Positions 34,043 through 44,603 of a stretch of DNA of 64,000 nucleotides are shown piece after piece. The stretch lies in contig CBCOSG010000001.1 of assembly GCA_965112735.1 (NCBI GenBank), forward strand, positions 160,090 to 224,089, read 5' to 3'. The notes beneath the pieces were generated by a model. It worked only from the letters and a program-made list of their open reading frames with translations. It made no database searches and was not told the DNA's origin. The first letter of the stretch is position 1. Each line of letters opens with the position of its first letter. Source of the stretch: Phaeosaccion multiseriatum. Its lineage: Eukaryota; Protista; Ochrophyta, other classes. The position numbers and the translations under genes were made by a program.

Positions 34043-34423
34043 ATGATTCAAACCCAAACCATGTTTCGCCTCGGAGATAATTCCGGGGTCCAAAGGCTTC
34101 GAAGTATCAAAATAAAACCTTATCCACGAGGAGGTCAAGCTAAATTCGGTCAAGATCTTCTTGTGTCAATTCGCCGACTCAAGTCAAAGGCTACTCAGCG
34201 TTATGGCTTACGGAAGGGAGATAAACTTCGAGGATTTATTTTACACACTCGTGCTATTCAAAGACGTAAAAATGGATTGAACCTGCGTTTTGGTCACAAT
34301 CGGGTACTGTGCTTTACCAAAAATCAGAAAGTACTAGGTAGTAGAGTGTTTTATCCACTTCCAATAGAACTAAGAAAGCGTAAATTTATGAAGGTGGCCA
34401 GTATGGCTCCTATATGGGTGTAA
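34043..34423 (+). CDS. rpl14: Ribosomal protein L14
   Basis: MIQ..DNSG motif. Confidence 0.95.
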   Translation: MIQTQTMFRLGDNSGVQRLRSIKIKPYPRGGQAKFGQDLLVSIRRLKSKATQRYGLRKGDKLRGFILHTRAIQRRKNGLNLRFGHNRVLCFTKNQKVLGSRVFYPLPIELRKRKFMKVASMAPIWV

Positions 34424-34860
34424 TGCAATTGATTTCTTTAAGAAAAGACGTTCACTGCCAATTATTGACCCAGAGTATTGACCTAGCTAGTGTAAATAAG
34501 AAAAACACTCACCTTCCTTTACCTAGGCTTGTAGGAGGGAGCCCTTGCGGAGAAAACTCGCCTAGCCTTTGTTCATTGGTATTTATGGATGTGGTGCATG
34601 GAACTAAGCCGAAGATTTTGGGTCCTAGATCCGTTAATCCAGGTAGATGTCATTTAGGAGGTTGGGTTAACAAAAAGGAGGGCTACGGATTTTGGGTACT
34701 TATGCAGGTGGATATTCTTCCTCAGGTGGAAACTAAAATTGAATCTCGTTTAAGTCTACCTTCTGAGAAAAGCCTTTTGAATTTTGCGTCATTGTATTCC
34801 ATGGTCTATAACCAACCTAAAATTCACATCTGGTGGCAATTCAAAAGTAGTTTTTGGTAG
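34423..34860 (+). CDS. rpl5: Divergent ribosomal protein L5
   Basis: Synteny with rpl14, TAATG coupling, G.KP motif. Confidence 0.6.
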   Translation: MQLISLRKDVHCQLLTQSIDLASVNKKNTHLPLPRLVGGSPCGENSPSLCSLVFMDVVHGTKPKILGPRSVNPGRCHLGGWVNKKEGYGFWVLMQVDILPQVETKIESRLSLPSEKSLLNFASLYSMVYNQPKIHIWWQFKSSFW

Positions 34861-35024
34861 TTCATAACATCTTAGTAAGTTGGTAGTCCTGATTTTAGAG
34901 ATAAACTTAGTTCTACGGCTCTTCATGTGGCCATTTTCATAGTTTTCATAGGTAGATGACTAATTGTAAATATTATAAGTAAGACTTTATAAAAGCCATG
35001 TTGTTCTGTATTGGCCCCTTTATA

Positions 35025-35125
35025 GGGGCCACAAAACAGGTGATGCCTGCCTGAAAAGAGTCCGTGGCATTTAGGAGGAAACTACAATACACTATGTTGT
35101 GTTGTGATTTCCACCTAGAGGCCCC
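35025..35125 (+). ncRNA. Structured RNA, candidate permuted 5S rRNA
   Basis: Three-way junction: GGGGCC/GGCCCC with AGGT/ACCT; GATGCC/GGCATT; GGAAA/TTTCC with TACAATACA/TGTGTTGTG. Confidence 0.45.
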
Positions 35126-35127
35126 CC

Positions 35128-35201
35128 AGATTTGTAGCTCAATTGGATAGAGTGTCGGATTTCGGTCCCGAGGGATGTAAGTTCAAGTCTTACCAAATCT
35201 A
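35128..35201 (+). tRNA. trnR: tRNA-Arg(TCG)
   Basis: Cloverleaf. Confidence 0.88.
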
Positions 35202-35209
35202 AGTTTAAA

Positions 35210-35291
35210 GGAGAGGTGACCGAGTGGTTAATGGTGTCAGACTGTAAATCTGATGGAACTTCCTTCATAGGTTCGAATCCTATCCCCTCCT
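35210..35291 (+). tRNA. trnY: tRNA-Tyr(GTA)
   Basis: Cloverleaf. Confidence 0.92.
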
Positions 35292-37334
35292 GTGTGTAGG
35301 TTTTTTTCTGTCTTTTTGTCATTGTTGCATGGGTATTTTTGGATTTCAGTTCTCGTCTTTCCTTTGGTGACAACCCAGTTTTTGCTTTTGAACAAAGAAA
35401 AAAAAGTTTTGGCGGGAAACTAAAACAAAAGTTCTGAGAAAAGTCTTTGATCTAAAAAATTAAAGAAAGTTTTGGTTGTCCGTTGATAATAAAAAAAATG
35501 AATACCACAAAAAAAATCTATTCTAGAATTCCCTTGTCTGGGTGGCTAAAACGCTTTAAATATAAGACAAAACATATCGATTAGAAAGATTCTTCCCACT
35601 ACAAGCACAAAGGCAGATATTTGGCTTCAGAAGGCTTGTCCACAGCCAAGAAGAAAATTCTATTTAAGCTTTCTATATAAAATCAAAAGATGAATTAAAA
35701 TGTCTTTGTCAGTTTCGTCGATTTACAGGCTAAATTTAAGGAGAAAAGACAGGAGAGCTTTTGATCAACAAACTGTTCCCATAGAAACCAAAAGTCGACT
35801 TCGATGCAAAATAGACACCGAAAGTACAAAAGCTTCAAAACTTTAATTCTTTACTAAAAAACCTAATTTTTTGATCTACACGATCCTAAAAAAAAATAAA
35901 AACTATGTTTGTTAGTCTTGCCAAAGTTTAAGTATATTGGTGTACTTCTTGATTCCTACTGACCTATTGTATTATCACCCAGAAGCCTAATGCAAGGATA
36001 GGAAGGACTTATTTGATCAAAATGCCTCACTTATTAAGTTTTAGCATTAATCTACTCTAACTCAAGTTTTGACCCCTTATTTAAGCTTTTTACAGCCCTT
36101 AAAACCGTCACTCAAATGCGGATAAATAAAGCTTTACCAATAGACAAGCTAAAGTTCTTTTAAGTTTTCATCAAATACAGGAAAATAAACAAAGTATTTC
36201 ATCAACACAGTTTAGAACTATTTGGTCTGTTCTTTTTTTGTAAGCTCAAGTCTTTTCTTAGTTAGTCAGCTTCTGGCCGAAGCTTAGCTTAATTTAACCC
36301 CTAAAGATACTTGAGAAATAATAATTTTCCCTAAATTAGTAGAATAAGATTGCCTGCAAGACTTAGACCACACCATAGAATCAAGTCAGACTTGGAGTGA
36401 AGTCTAGTTAAGAAAGAGGGGACTCTTAAGATAGCAGACTTGGTCGAAATTGAGATAAATAGAAGTGTGGAAGACCAAAGATTGAGAAAGAAAACTATGT
36501 CTTTCGTCAATTAGAAACCGATTGTTTAAAAAATCCTTTGCAGTGTTTGATTTTCATTGAGCCTTAACCCCATTTTACGCCTAGAGACTAAATATTTTTT
36601 AAAAGGCACCGAAGAGAAGGTTAGATTGACAGTGAAACATTTAGTGGACGGAAGGTTTATTCTCTGGACCAAAGATATAAGAGAACCTTTTCTATCGGTT
36701 CCATAAAATAAAGTTTATTAGTTCTAAAAGTATAAAGCACTTTACTTCATCTCAAATGGAGGCTATAATGTTGGTTATTAGGCAGCTGAGACTTTGGTAA
36801 CTAGACTCAGCATCCCAATCATGCGCTAGTTAAAGTATAAAATTTCCTTGATTTGGTTATGATCTCTTAGTTAAATATGAGGAAAAATTGCTCTTTCCGT
36901 CTAATAGAAATGAGTTAACAAACTCATTGATGGACATCTTTAATCAATCTTTTCTTTTTGATTAAGTTTTTAGGGAACAGACCCGAACAAAAAAGAGGAA
37001 AAAAAGAGGTACACTTAAAAAAGCCAAAAGTCTGCTCTCGTAATTAAACCAATCCTTTGTACTGAACCAAAACTCTGTAAGTGCTCGAAAAAACCTGTTC
37101 CTTACATTAGATTGTGTTTTCTCATATGAGAGGGCTACCAAATGCGAGTCCCATCTTTAGCACGAAACCCCAACCCTGTAGGATCTGGAGTGTAATTTGC
37201 AAATGGGCCCTACATACTGGCTGGTCCGGGAACCGGGGAAATTTATTTATCCACAAGAATCTAAATCATAAAATTAAAATAAAGCTTTATAGACCACATC
37301 CCCCTTGTTTATTTCTTGGAAATAAAAAAGATCA

Positions 37335-38643
37335 AAGACTTGAGTTTGATCCTGGCTCAGGATGAAGGCTAGGAGTATGCCTAACACATGCGAGTGTTGC
37401 CTTCTCTTAGAAGAAGAAAGCGCGAACGGGTGAGTAATACTTGGAAATCTGCCCTTTCTGAAGAAAGTAAGTAGGGAGTCTTCCCCACTTTTGCCTAATT
37501 TAGACAAAAAAGAAAGGAAGAATCCTCGAAGGATTAAGGAAGTAGGAAGGATGACAGCCTTCCTATTCAAAGATCCTTAGTTGGTCTGTGAGGTCGACCA
37601 GCCACATTGGAACTGAGACAAGGTCCAAGCCCCTGTAAGGGGCCAGCAGTGAGGAATCTTGGACAATGAGCGGAAGCTTGATCCAGCAATATTCCAAGGG
37701 GGAAGAAGGCTAAACTGGTTGTAAACCCCTCTCCCGTGGAAAGATTCAGACGCCATTCACAGGGGTAGTCCCGGCCAATTCTCGTGCCAGCAGTCGCGGT
37801 AATACGAGGGGGCAAGCCTTATCCAGAATGATTGGGCATAAAGGGTTCGTAGAGGGCATTTTCCTAGATCGTAAGATAAATTCTACCCCCCAAGGGTATG
37901 ACTTTTGACAAAACCGGGATGCTAGAGTCGAAGAGAAGATAACAGAATCACTTATTTAGGGATAAAATCCGTAGACATAAGTGGGAATACCAGAGGCGAA
38001 GGCGGTTATCTAGATTCGCACTGACCTTCAGGGACTAAAGTGTGGGGAGCAAACAGGACTTGACCCCCTGGTAGTCCACACCCTAAAATATCAGCCTAGC
38101 TGTTTAGACTGAGAAGTTTAAGCATCTTCCCTGCTAAGGCTAAGGCTGCGCCTGAGAAGTACAGCATTCAGATCTGAAATTCAAAGGAATTGGCGGGGGC
38201 TTATACAAGTGGTGGAGCATGTGGTTTAATGCGATGCTACGCGCCAAACCTTACCAGTTCTGGAATACTTCTTTCCCTTTTCGGCCTCGGAGATAAGACC
38301 AAAGACAGGAAGTACAGGTATTGCATGGCTGTCGTCAGTCCGTGTCTTAGGATGTTAAGTTCACTCTTATAACGGACGCAACCCTCTTGTGGCAGATAAA
38401 GCTCTTACCAAAGTTTTAATTGGTGAGTCCAACTTTGTCCATACTCCACATACTGCTTAGACTACGGTTTAAGAGGAAGGCGAGGATGAAGACAAGTCCT
38501 TATGGTCCTTATGAACTGGGCTACACACGTGCTACAATGGAAAGGACAATGAGTAGGAAAGATAAAATCAGTCTTTGCCAAACTTGAACACTTTCTTTGG
38601 TTCAGACTGAGGCCTGCAACTCGGCTTCACGAAGGCGGAATCA

Positions 38644-38676
<33 letters not shown>

Positions 38677-38845
38677 CTGTACCTAGGCTCTGTACAAACC
38701 GCCCGTCACATGTTGGAAGCCGGGCTTGCTCGAAGAATGTCAATGAAATGCTTTGTCTATTCTCTTGGATTTGAAAGTAGGCTTGGTAACTGAGATGAAG
38801 TCGTAACAAGGTAGTCGTAGAGGAATCTGCGGCTGAATTCAAAGA
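37335..38845 (+). rRNA. rns: Small subunit rRNA (ends approximate)
   Basis: GAGTTTGATCCTGGCTCAG, GTGCCAGCAGTCGCGGTAA and AAGTCGTAACAAGGT motifs. Confidence 0.96.
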
Positions 38846-39086
38846 AATAAGGTCTTGAACCTCAGGCGGTATAGAATTTAAGAATGAAAGTTTTCTTTAT
38901 AAAGGTGAAACATAAGCTTCTGGAACCTATGTCAGTCTTAAAACACAATATAGGGTTTTGGTATTTTTTAGGCATCAGCATCACTGAGATTTTGAAGCTC
39001 TTGGTGAGTATGCTTATTTTTTTTTGGTTTTGTGTACTAATGAACTTCTTTAATTTGATAAAAAATTAAACTAATGAGCTCTCTAC

Positions 39087-39929
39087 TTGTACTTGCAGTT
39101 TTTAGTCAATTCTCCTGCAAAATCTTGGTTTAAAATTTTAAGCCCTGCTTTCATTTTGACTTTAGGAATTCAAACTCTTTTACTGCCGCTACCGTATATG
39201 TACCCAAATTCGGCCTCGTTCATTTTTAAAGCGAGTCTTTGTGTGGTTTGGGTGTTTCAATATCAAAAATGGTCGATGATACTAAAATTTGAAAATGCCA
39301 AAACTCGGTCTAAAGAGGGCCTTTATGTAGTCTCTCTTTACGCGGACAGTCTTACCCATCCAATCTTTGGCAAACTTCAGACATATCTGTATTGGTCTTT
39401 TGTATTGGGGATTCTTCTGCCGCGGCAGTATTCAAATATGGCCTACTTTGTAGGTGTAATTTTCGTATTAATGTCCATTTACTTCTTGCCAGGATATCTG
39501 CGGGCAACGCGGCGGCTTTTTAATGAATGTTTTTTGGACCCCCGTGTACTCTATGAGAGAGGGTTCACGAAAAAGAGGTTAGTGTGGGAGCTAACTGTGG
39601 AACACTTAAAGAGGGCCGGAATTTTCATTATAGGGGGCCTACTTGTCGACGTGGGGATCGGAAAGTACCTTTATGGCCCAGACGGGAGGTCGTCGATGCA
39701 AAACTTATTTTCTTCGACGTTTGCTAACTTCACTGCGGACACTCACGAAAGTGTCACAAAATTCCGATTCCTCGAGAGAAGAGGAGTCCCCTCAGAGCTA
39801 TTGAAGACGGCGTCCGGGAAAGTAGATGTAGGGGCAGTAAATTGGTTCCTTCAGGACTATAATACCGTTCTTGATTATGTAGGAGAAGAGTATAGAGCCC
39901 AACTAGAGGATACAATCGAAAAACCTTAA
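39087..39929 (+). CDS. Orphan membrane protein ORF280 (TTG start uncertain)
   Basis: Long ORF with a strongly conserved paralog at 44604-45462. Confidence 0.8.
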   Translation: MYLQFLVNSPAKSWFKILSPAFILTLGIQTLLLPLPYMYPNSASFIFKASLCVVWVFQYQKWSMILKFENAKTRSKEGLYVVSLYADSLTHPIFGKLQTYLYWSFVLGILLPRQYSNMAYFVGVIFVLMSIYFLPGYLRATRRLFNECFLDPRVLYERGFTKKRLVWELTVEHLKRAGIFIIGGLLVDVGIGKYLYGPDGRSSMQNLFSSTFANFTADTHESVTKFRFLERRGVPSELLKTASGKVDVGAVNWFLQDYNTVLDYVGEEYRAQLEDTIEKP

Positions 39930-40002
39930 TGGGTAGATTACAATACTAGAAAAGTAGAATAATCCTAAGTAAATTATCTTGTGTTCTACGCTATTAAGCT
40001 AT

Positions 40003-40280
40003 AGAATTATAAGTGAGTCTACTGCGCGAAGCTTAGGCAGTGGAGGTAGTTTGATTTGTGAAGTTTTTTAAATCTAAGATTCACGTAGTTTTTTCATATA
40101 CTGGTGGACTAAAGCACTTGGCCAGCTTGTTAGGCTCATGATCTAAAAGTCGTAGGTATAAGTTCTACCTTTGCCCGCAATATCCTGTTTCCTGACTTTC
40201 TGGGATTTAAGATGAAGACCAAAAAATATATATTAAATTAGCTACACCCCACTCCACTTCTCTTGTGAGGGAAAAAATAA
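40003..40280 (+). pseudogene. Degenerate rps8 3' end, trnM and rps10 5' end
   Basis: Aligns with the reverse complement of about 14585-14868 and with 45540-45715. Confidence 0.85.
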
Positions 40281-40365
40281 GGAAAAAAGAAGCAAACAGT
40301 AATTTATAGAACCTAGATTTGTTTCAGAGGAGCAAATACGGACTTCGTGATATTTAGGAAGAACC

Positions 40366-40518
40366 ATGCCACAATTTGATCAAATCACCTTTTTTACTCA
40401 AATTCTTAATTTGGGTTTGTGTTTTTTTGGATTTTATTTTTTCTTTGTTTTCTACTACCTGCCCAGTCTTAGTGCCTCTTTAAAATTACGCAAGATTTTT
40501 AAGGATCTTCCCCGTTAA
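40366..40518 (+). CDS. atp8: ATP synthase subunit 8
   Basis: MPQFDQITFFTQILNLGLCFFGFYFFFVFYYLPSLSASLKLRKIFKDLPR*. Confidence 0.9.
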   Translation: MPQFDQITFFTQILNLGLCFFGFYFFFVFYYLPSLSASLKLRKIFKDLPR

Positions 40519-40541
40519 GTATCTGATGTTCGAAGCCCAGT

Positions 40542-40615
40542 CGGGAAATGGCGCAGCTTGGTAGCGCATCTGTTTTGGGAACAGAAGGTCATGTGTTCAA
40601 ATCACATTTTCCCGA
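40542..40615 (+). tRNA. trnP: tRNA-Pro(TGG)
   Basis: Cloverleaf. Confidence 0.92.
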
Positions 40616-40714
40616 ATACTTAGGTATTTGCCTACGAACTTCAGGAGCCTAATAGAAAACCTCAAGGTATCTCTTGCATCACATATTTTGGTAATTTTAG
40701 TGAATGCGATGGGA

Positions 40715-40785
40715 GACCGGATAGCATAAGGGCAATGCCTTGGATTGCAAATCCAATTATGGGAATTCGACTTTCCCTCCGGTCT
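40715..40785 (+). tRNA. trnC: tRNA-Cys(GCA)
   Basis: Cloverleaf. Confidence 0.85.
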
Positions 40786-40807
40786 AATACTTGTAAAAAA
40801 GTAGAAA

Positions 40808-40902
40808 CCAAGATCGTACTGATATTTGTATGAAATTATACCATAGGTATTTATAACCTAATATGGAAGCCATTCGTCTGAATCAGGTAGGGGTAAAAAA
40901 CC
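40808..40902 (+). pseudogene. Degenerate copy of the nad9 5' end
   Basis: Matches 46950-47044; CAA changed to TAA stop. Confidence 0.85.
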
Positions 40903-40968
40903 TTGGGAAAGTAAGCAAAAAGAGAAAGAATACCTCCCAAGTCAAAATAGAGAAAATTTATACTTCCT

Positions 40969-41865
40969 ATGACCACTAAAAAAATATTTATCAACCATCA
41001 GCTTGTTTTTGTTGAAGAATTTTCCTCAGTATTACAAGCATGTAGTAGTTTAGGCATAGAACTTCCTCGATTTTGTTATCATCCCTTATTAAATATCGCG
41101 GGAAATTGTCGTTCCTGTCTAGTAGAAGTTAGCCAAGGTCCAAAACCTCAGATGAGTTGTGCCTTCCCTATTTTAGGAGGCGGACGATTTTTTCTTCATA
41201 GTCCTTTGGTACGAAAAGCCCGAGAAACAGTTTTAGAGTTCAATCTAGTAAACCACCCTCTAGATTGCCCTATTTGTGACCAAGGAGGGGAATGCGATCT
41301 CCAAAATCAAAGCTTTCACTTCGGCAGTGACAAAACACGGTACGCTGAAGTAAAGCGTACGGTCAAAGAGACTTTTCTAGGTCTAGGTATAAAAAGTTTG
41401 ATGACTCGTTGCATACATTGCACTCGCTGTGTGCGGTATTCTAAGGAATGGTTGGGAGACAGTAATTTGACTGCCAATGGCAGAGGCTCTCACATGATAG
41501 TCGAAGCTTACTCCTCAACTCCCTTAACCACTTTAGCCTCAGGCAACGTAATAGATCTATGCCCCGTAGGGGCAGGTCTAAAAAAGGTGGTTAAAATTCT
41601 TGGGGAGAGTTGGGATTTTGTCGTCCGCTTGTGGCGAGACCTTCCTTTGGTATTGGCTTATCTTTCACTTATAATCTTATACACCTGCATTGGACTCCTC
41701 GGAGTCCGCCATATGTATGTGTATCTTGGCTGGGTCTATGCTACTTTTTTAGTAGTGTGGGGACTGTCACTTTACAAACTATGGCGGTGGGAGCCGTATA
41801 AAATAATAGGACCATATTTGGTCCTTGTTTTGTACGTCACTTTTAAGATTTGGGTTTCCTCTTAG
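40969..41865 (+). CDS. nad11: Nad11 N-terminal Fe-S domain fused to a ~96-aa hydrophobic tail
   Basis: PRFCYH, GNCR.CLVE, HPLDCPICDQGGECDLQ, RCIHCTRCVR and DLCPVGA motifs. Confidence 0.93.
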   Translation: MTTKKIFINHQLVFVEEFSSVLQACSSLGIELPRFCYHPLLNIAGNCRSCLVEVSQGPKPQMSCAFPILGGGRFFLHSPLVRKARETVLEFNLVNHPLDCPICDQGGECDLQNQSFHFGSDKTRYAEVKRTVKETFLGLGIKSLMTRCIHCTRCVRYSKEWLGDSNLTANGRGSHMIVEAYSSTPLTTLASGNVIDLCPVGAGLKKVVKILGESWDFVVRLWRDLPLVLAYLSLIILYTCIGLLGVRHMYVYLGWVYATFLVVWGLSLYKLWRWEPYKIIGPYLVLVLYVTFKIWVSS

Positions 41866-41924
41866 GAGCTGACAAGATTTTTCTTCCATTTGTGAAGTTT
41901 GTGACAAGCTTCAAGCAAAATAAA

Positions 41925-43595
41925 GAAAATCTTCACAAAGGGCATGGAGGGAATGCCTAGGGGCCCAGCCTCTGTAGACGTAGACAACAACGAAAGCTCG
42001 GAGGAAGGTCTTCGACCTGTGCACTTCGACCTTCTACCTTGGAAAACCATTCCGTTTGAGGAAAAACAGGCCAGTAAAGCCTGCAAAGAAGAGGGCAGAC
42101 AAACTGAAACATCTAAGTAATCTGCTTAAGAGAAATCAACCGAGATACCGTAAGTAGCGGTGAGCGAAAACGGTGTAGGCTCTCTCCTAGACGACCTTGA
42201 AAGATCCAAATTAAAAAACGACTCCAGCTCAATAAAACATTGGATGGAGAAGAAAACCATAGAAGGTACAAGTCCCGTAGGGGAAGAAAAGGAGAGGATT
42301 CAAGTACTTTTCTGGCGATAGACAAGGAATATTGGGGAGCCATCCTCAAAGCCTAAATAGACTGGGCCACCCATAGTGAACAAGTATCGTGAGAGAAAGG
42401 TGAAACAGAGATTTCTGCTGTGAAATGTCCTGAAACTCCCTGCCTTTTAGGTGTTGAAGCTTTGTGGAAGTGACAGCCTACCTTTTGTATAATGGGTCAG
42501 TGAGTAAAAGATTAGGGGCAAGCTTAAGTTTAGGAAGGCAAAGGTCAATCGAGGAGTAAAACTTCGTGGAGTCCCAATTTTTTTACCCGAAACCGACTGA
42601 GCTAAGATTGAACAGGTTGAAAAAGACAAGGCAACTTTCTTTGGAGGACCGAACCCGTGTATGTGGCAAAATACTGGGATGATTTGATCTTAGGGGTGAA
42701 AGGCCAATCAAAGTCGGAGATAGCTGGTTTTCTGCGAAATCTATTGAAGTAGAGCGTCTTAATGGGAAATCCGGGGTAGAGCACTGTCGTAGGAAAGGGG
42801 AGGCAAAATCTTACTGACTTATGGCAAACTGCGAATACAGGATACGTCTTCAATCAAGGCAGACAGACCATGGGTGCGAAGGTCCTTGGTCAAAAGGGAA
42901 ACAGCCCAGATTGATGGTTAAGGTCCCCAAAGGAAAGGAAGTGAAGAAGGAGGTGACGAGCTAAAGACAGCCAGGAGGTAGGCTTGGTAGCAGTCATCCT
43001 TTAAAGAATGCGTAACAGCTCACTGGTCGAAGTTTTTGCGCCCACAATGTTTGGGACTAATCTTTCCTACCGAAGCCTCAAACCCTACAGGGTGGTAGCA
43101 GAACCTTCCGTAGGTCGAGGAAGATGAGGGGCAACCTTCATTGGAGATATCGGAATCGAGAATACTGACATGAGTAGCAACAAACCAGGAGGATCCTGGT
43201 GGCCTTAAATTCAAGGGTTTCCACGACAGATTTCTTCTTCGTGGGGGCTTGAGCTAATCTCAAGCCATAAAGACGGTCCCTAAGACTGCTGACGAAAGCC
43301 AGGGTTGATGGGAGATCTTAGACAGGACGAAGCTGGCAGAGGAAGTAGAGGAGTATAGCTGGTCTCCTCTGCTTTAGCTCAGCTTCCAGGAAATACTTCT
43401 AGGAGCGGCACCGTATCGTAAACCGACACAGGTGAATGGGTGGAGTACACTCAGGCCTTTTGAGAGAACCGTGTTGAAGGAACTCGGCAAAATGACTCCG
43501 TGGCTTCGGTAGAAGGAGGAAGCCTTTGTAGGCTTGGCACTAAAGTGGGAGCGGCGACTGTTTAGTAAAAACACAGGACTCTGCGAAGTTGTAAA

Positions 43596-43633
<38 letters not shown>

Positions 43634-43719
43634 CGGAAGACCCGAAAGTGGAAGCTTTTAGGGAGAATGCCCAGTAAACGGCGGCTGTAACTCTGACGGT
43701 CCTAAGGTAGCAAAACTGA

Positions 43720-43750
<31 letters not shown>

Positions 43751-43826
43751 TGTAACGACTGCTCCGCTGTCTCCAACACGGACTCAGTGAAATTCCCATG
43801 GTCGTGAAGAGGCGACCTCGCTGCAG

Positions 43827-43860
<34 letters not shown>

Positions 43861-44165
43861 TTTGAGCTGGGAAGCATGACATAGGTTGCGTAGTAGTAGG
43901 TGGGAGGTTATGCCGCAGATGAAAGACCACCCTCCTTCAGTCTAGCTTTCTTCACCTGACTTGGGACAGGCTCAGACGGGTAGTTTGGCTGGGACGGCAG
44001 CCTCCTAAAGAGTAACGGGGGTACGCAAAGGTACACCCTTCCATGAAGGAAGAAAAGGCGGAATGGCTTGATGTGTGCCTGACTGTAAGACTCACAAGTC
44101 GAACAGAGACGAAAGTCGGCCATACAGATCCGGTGGATGTGCATATGGGCACTTCACCGCTCATA

Positions 44166-44201
<36 letters not shown>

Positions 44202-44600
44202 TCTCGAGAGCTCCTATCGACGGAAGGGTTTGGCACCTCGATGTCGACTCATCACATCCTGGAGGAGAAAAAGCTTCCAAGGGTTGGGCTGTTCGCCCAT
44301 GAAAGTGGTACGTGAGTTGGGTTTAGAACGTCGTGAGACAGTTTGGTCCCTATCTACTGTGGACAACAATCTAAGGGAAGAAATTCTAGTACGAGAGGAC
44401 CGAATTTCGGGGATCCATGGTGTACCGGTTGTGTGAGCACATGCAGTGTCGGGTAGCTACATCTCTAGAAGAGAATGGCTGAAAGCATCTAAGCCAGAAA
44501 CTTGTCCTCAAGCATTGTCTAGGCCTCGTTTTAGACGAAAACGTGAATAGGAGGGTAGTGAAAGTCGTGTAAGCGGTGTAGCTGATCCTTACTAATTAGG
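41925..44600 (+). rRNA. rnl: Large subunit rRNA (ends approximate)
   Basis: GAAACATCTAAGTA, GGTCCTAAGGTAGC and peptidyl-transferase GGCACCTCGATGTCG / AGAACGTCGTGAGACAG; no intron seen. Confidence 0.96.
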
Positions 44601-44603
44601 CTT

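Noticed and set aside
36790-36830. TRLSIPIMR resembling the group II intron RT motif RPLGIP
   Set aside because: No YADD motif, no domain V, and the context is full of stops.
38884-39069. 61-aa hydrophobic ORF between rns and ORF280
   Set aside because: Short, AT-rich, with no paralog or motif; I cannot support it as a gene.
41862-44436. Many 60-180 aa ORFs overlapping rnl and rns (and their mirror copies)
   Set aside because: Incidental frames within or antisense to rRNA.
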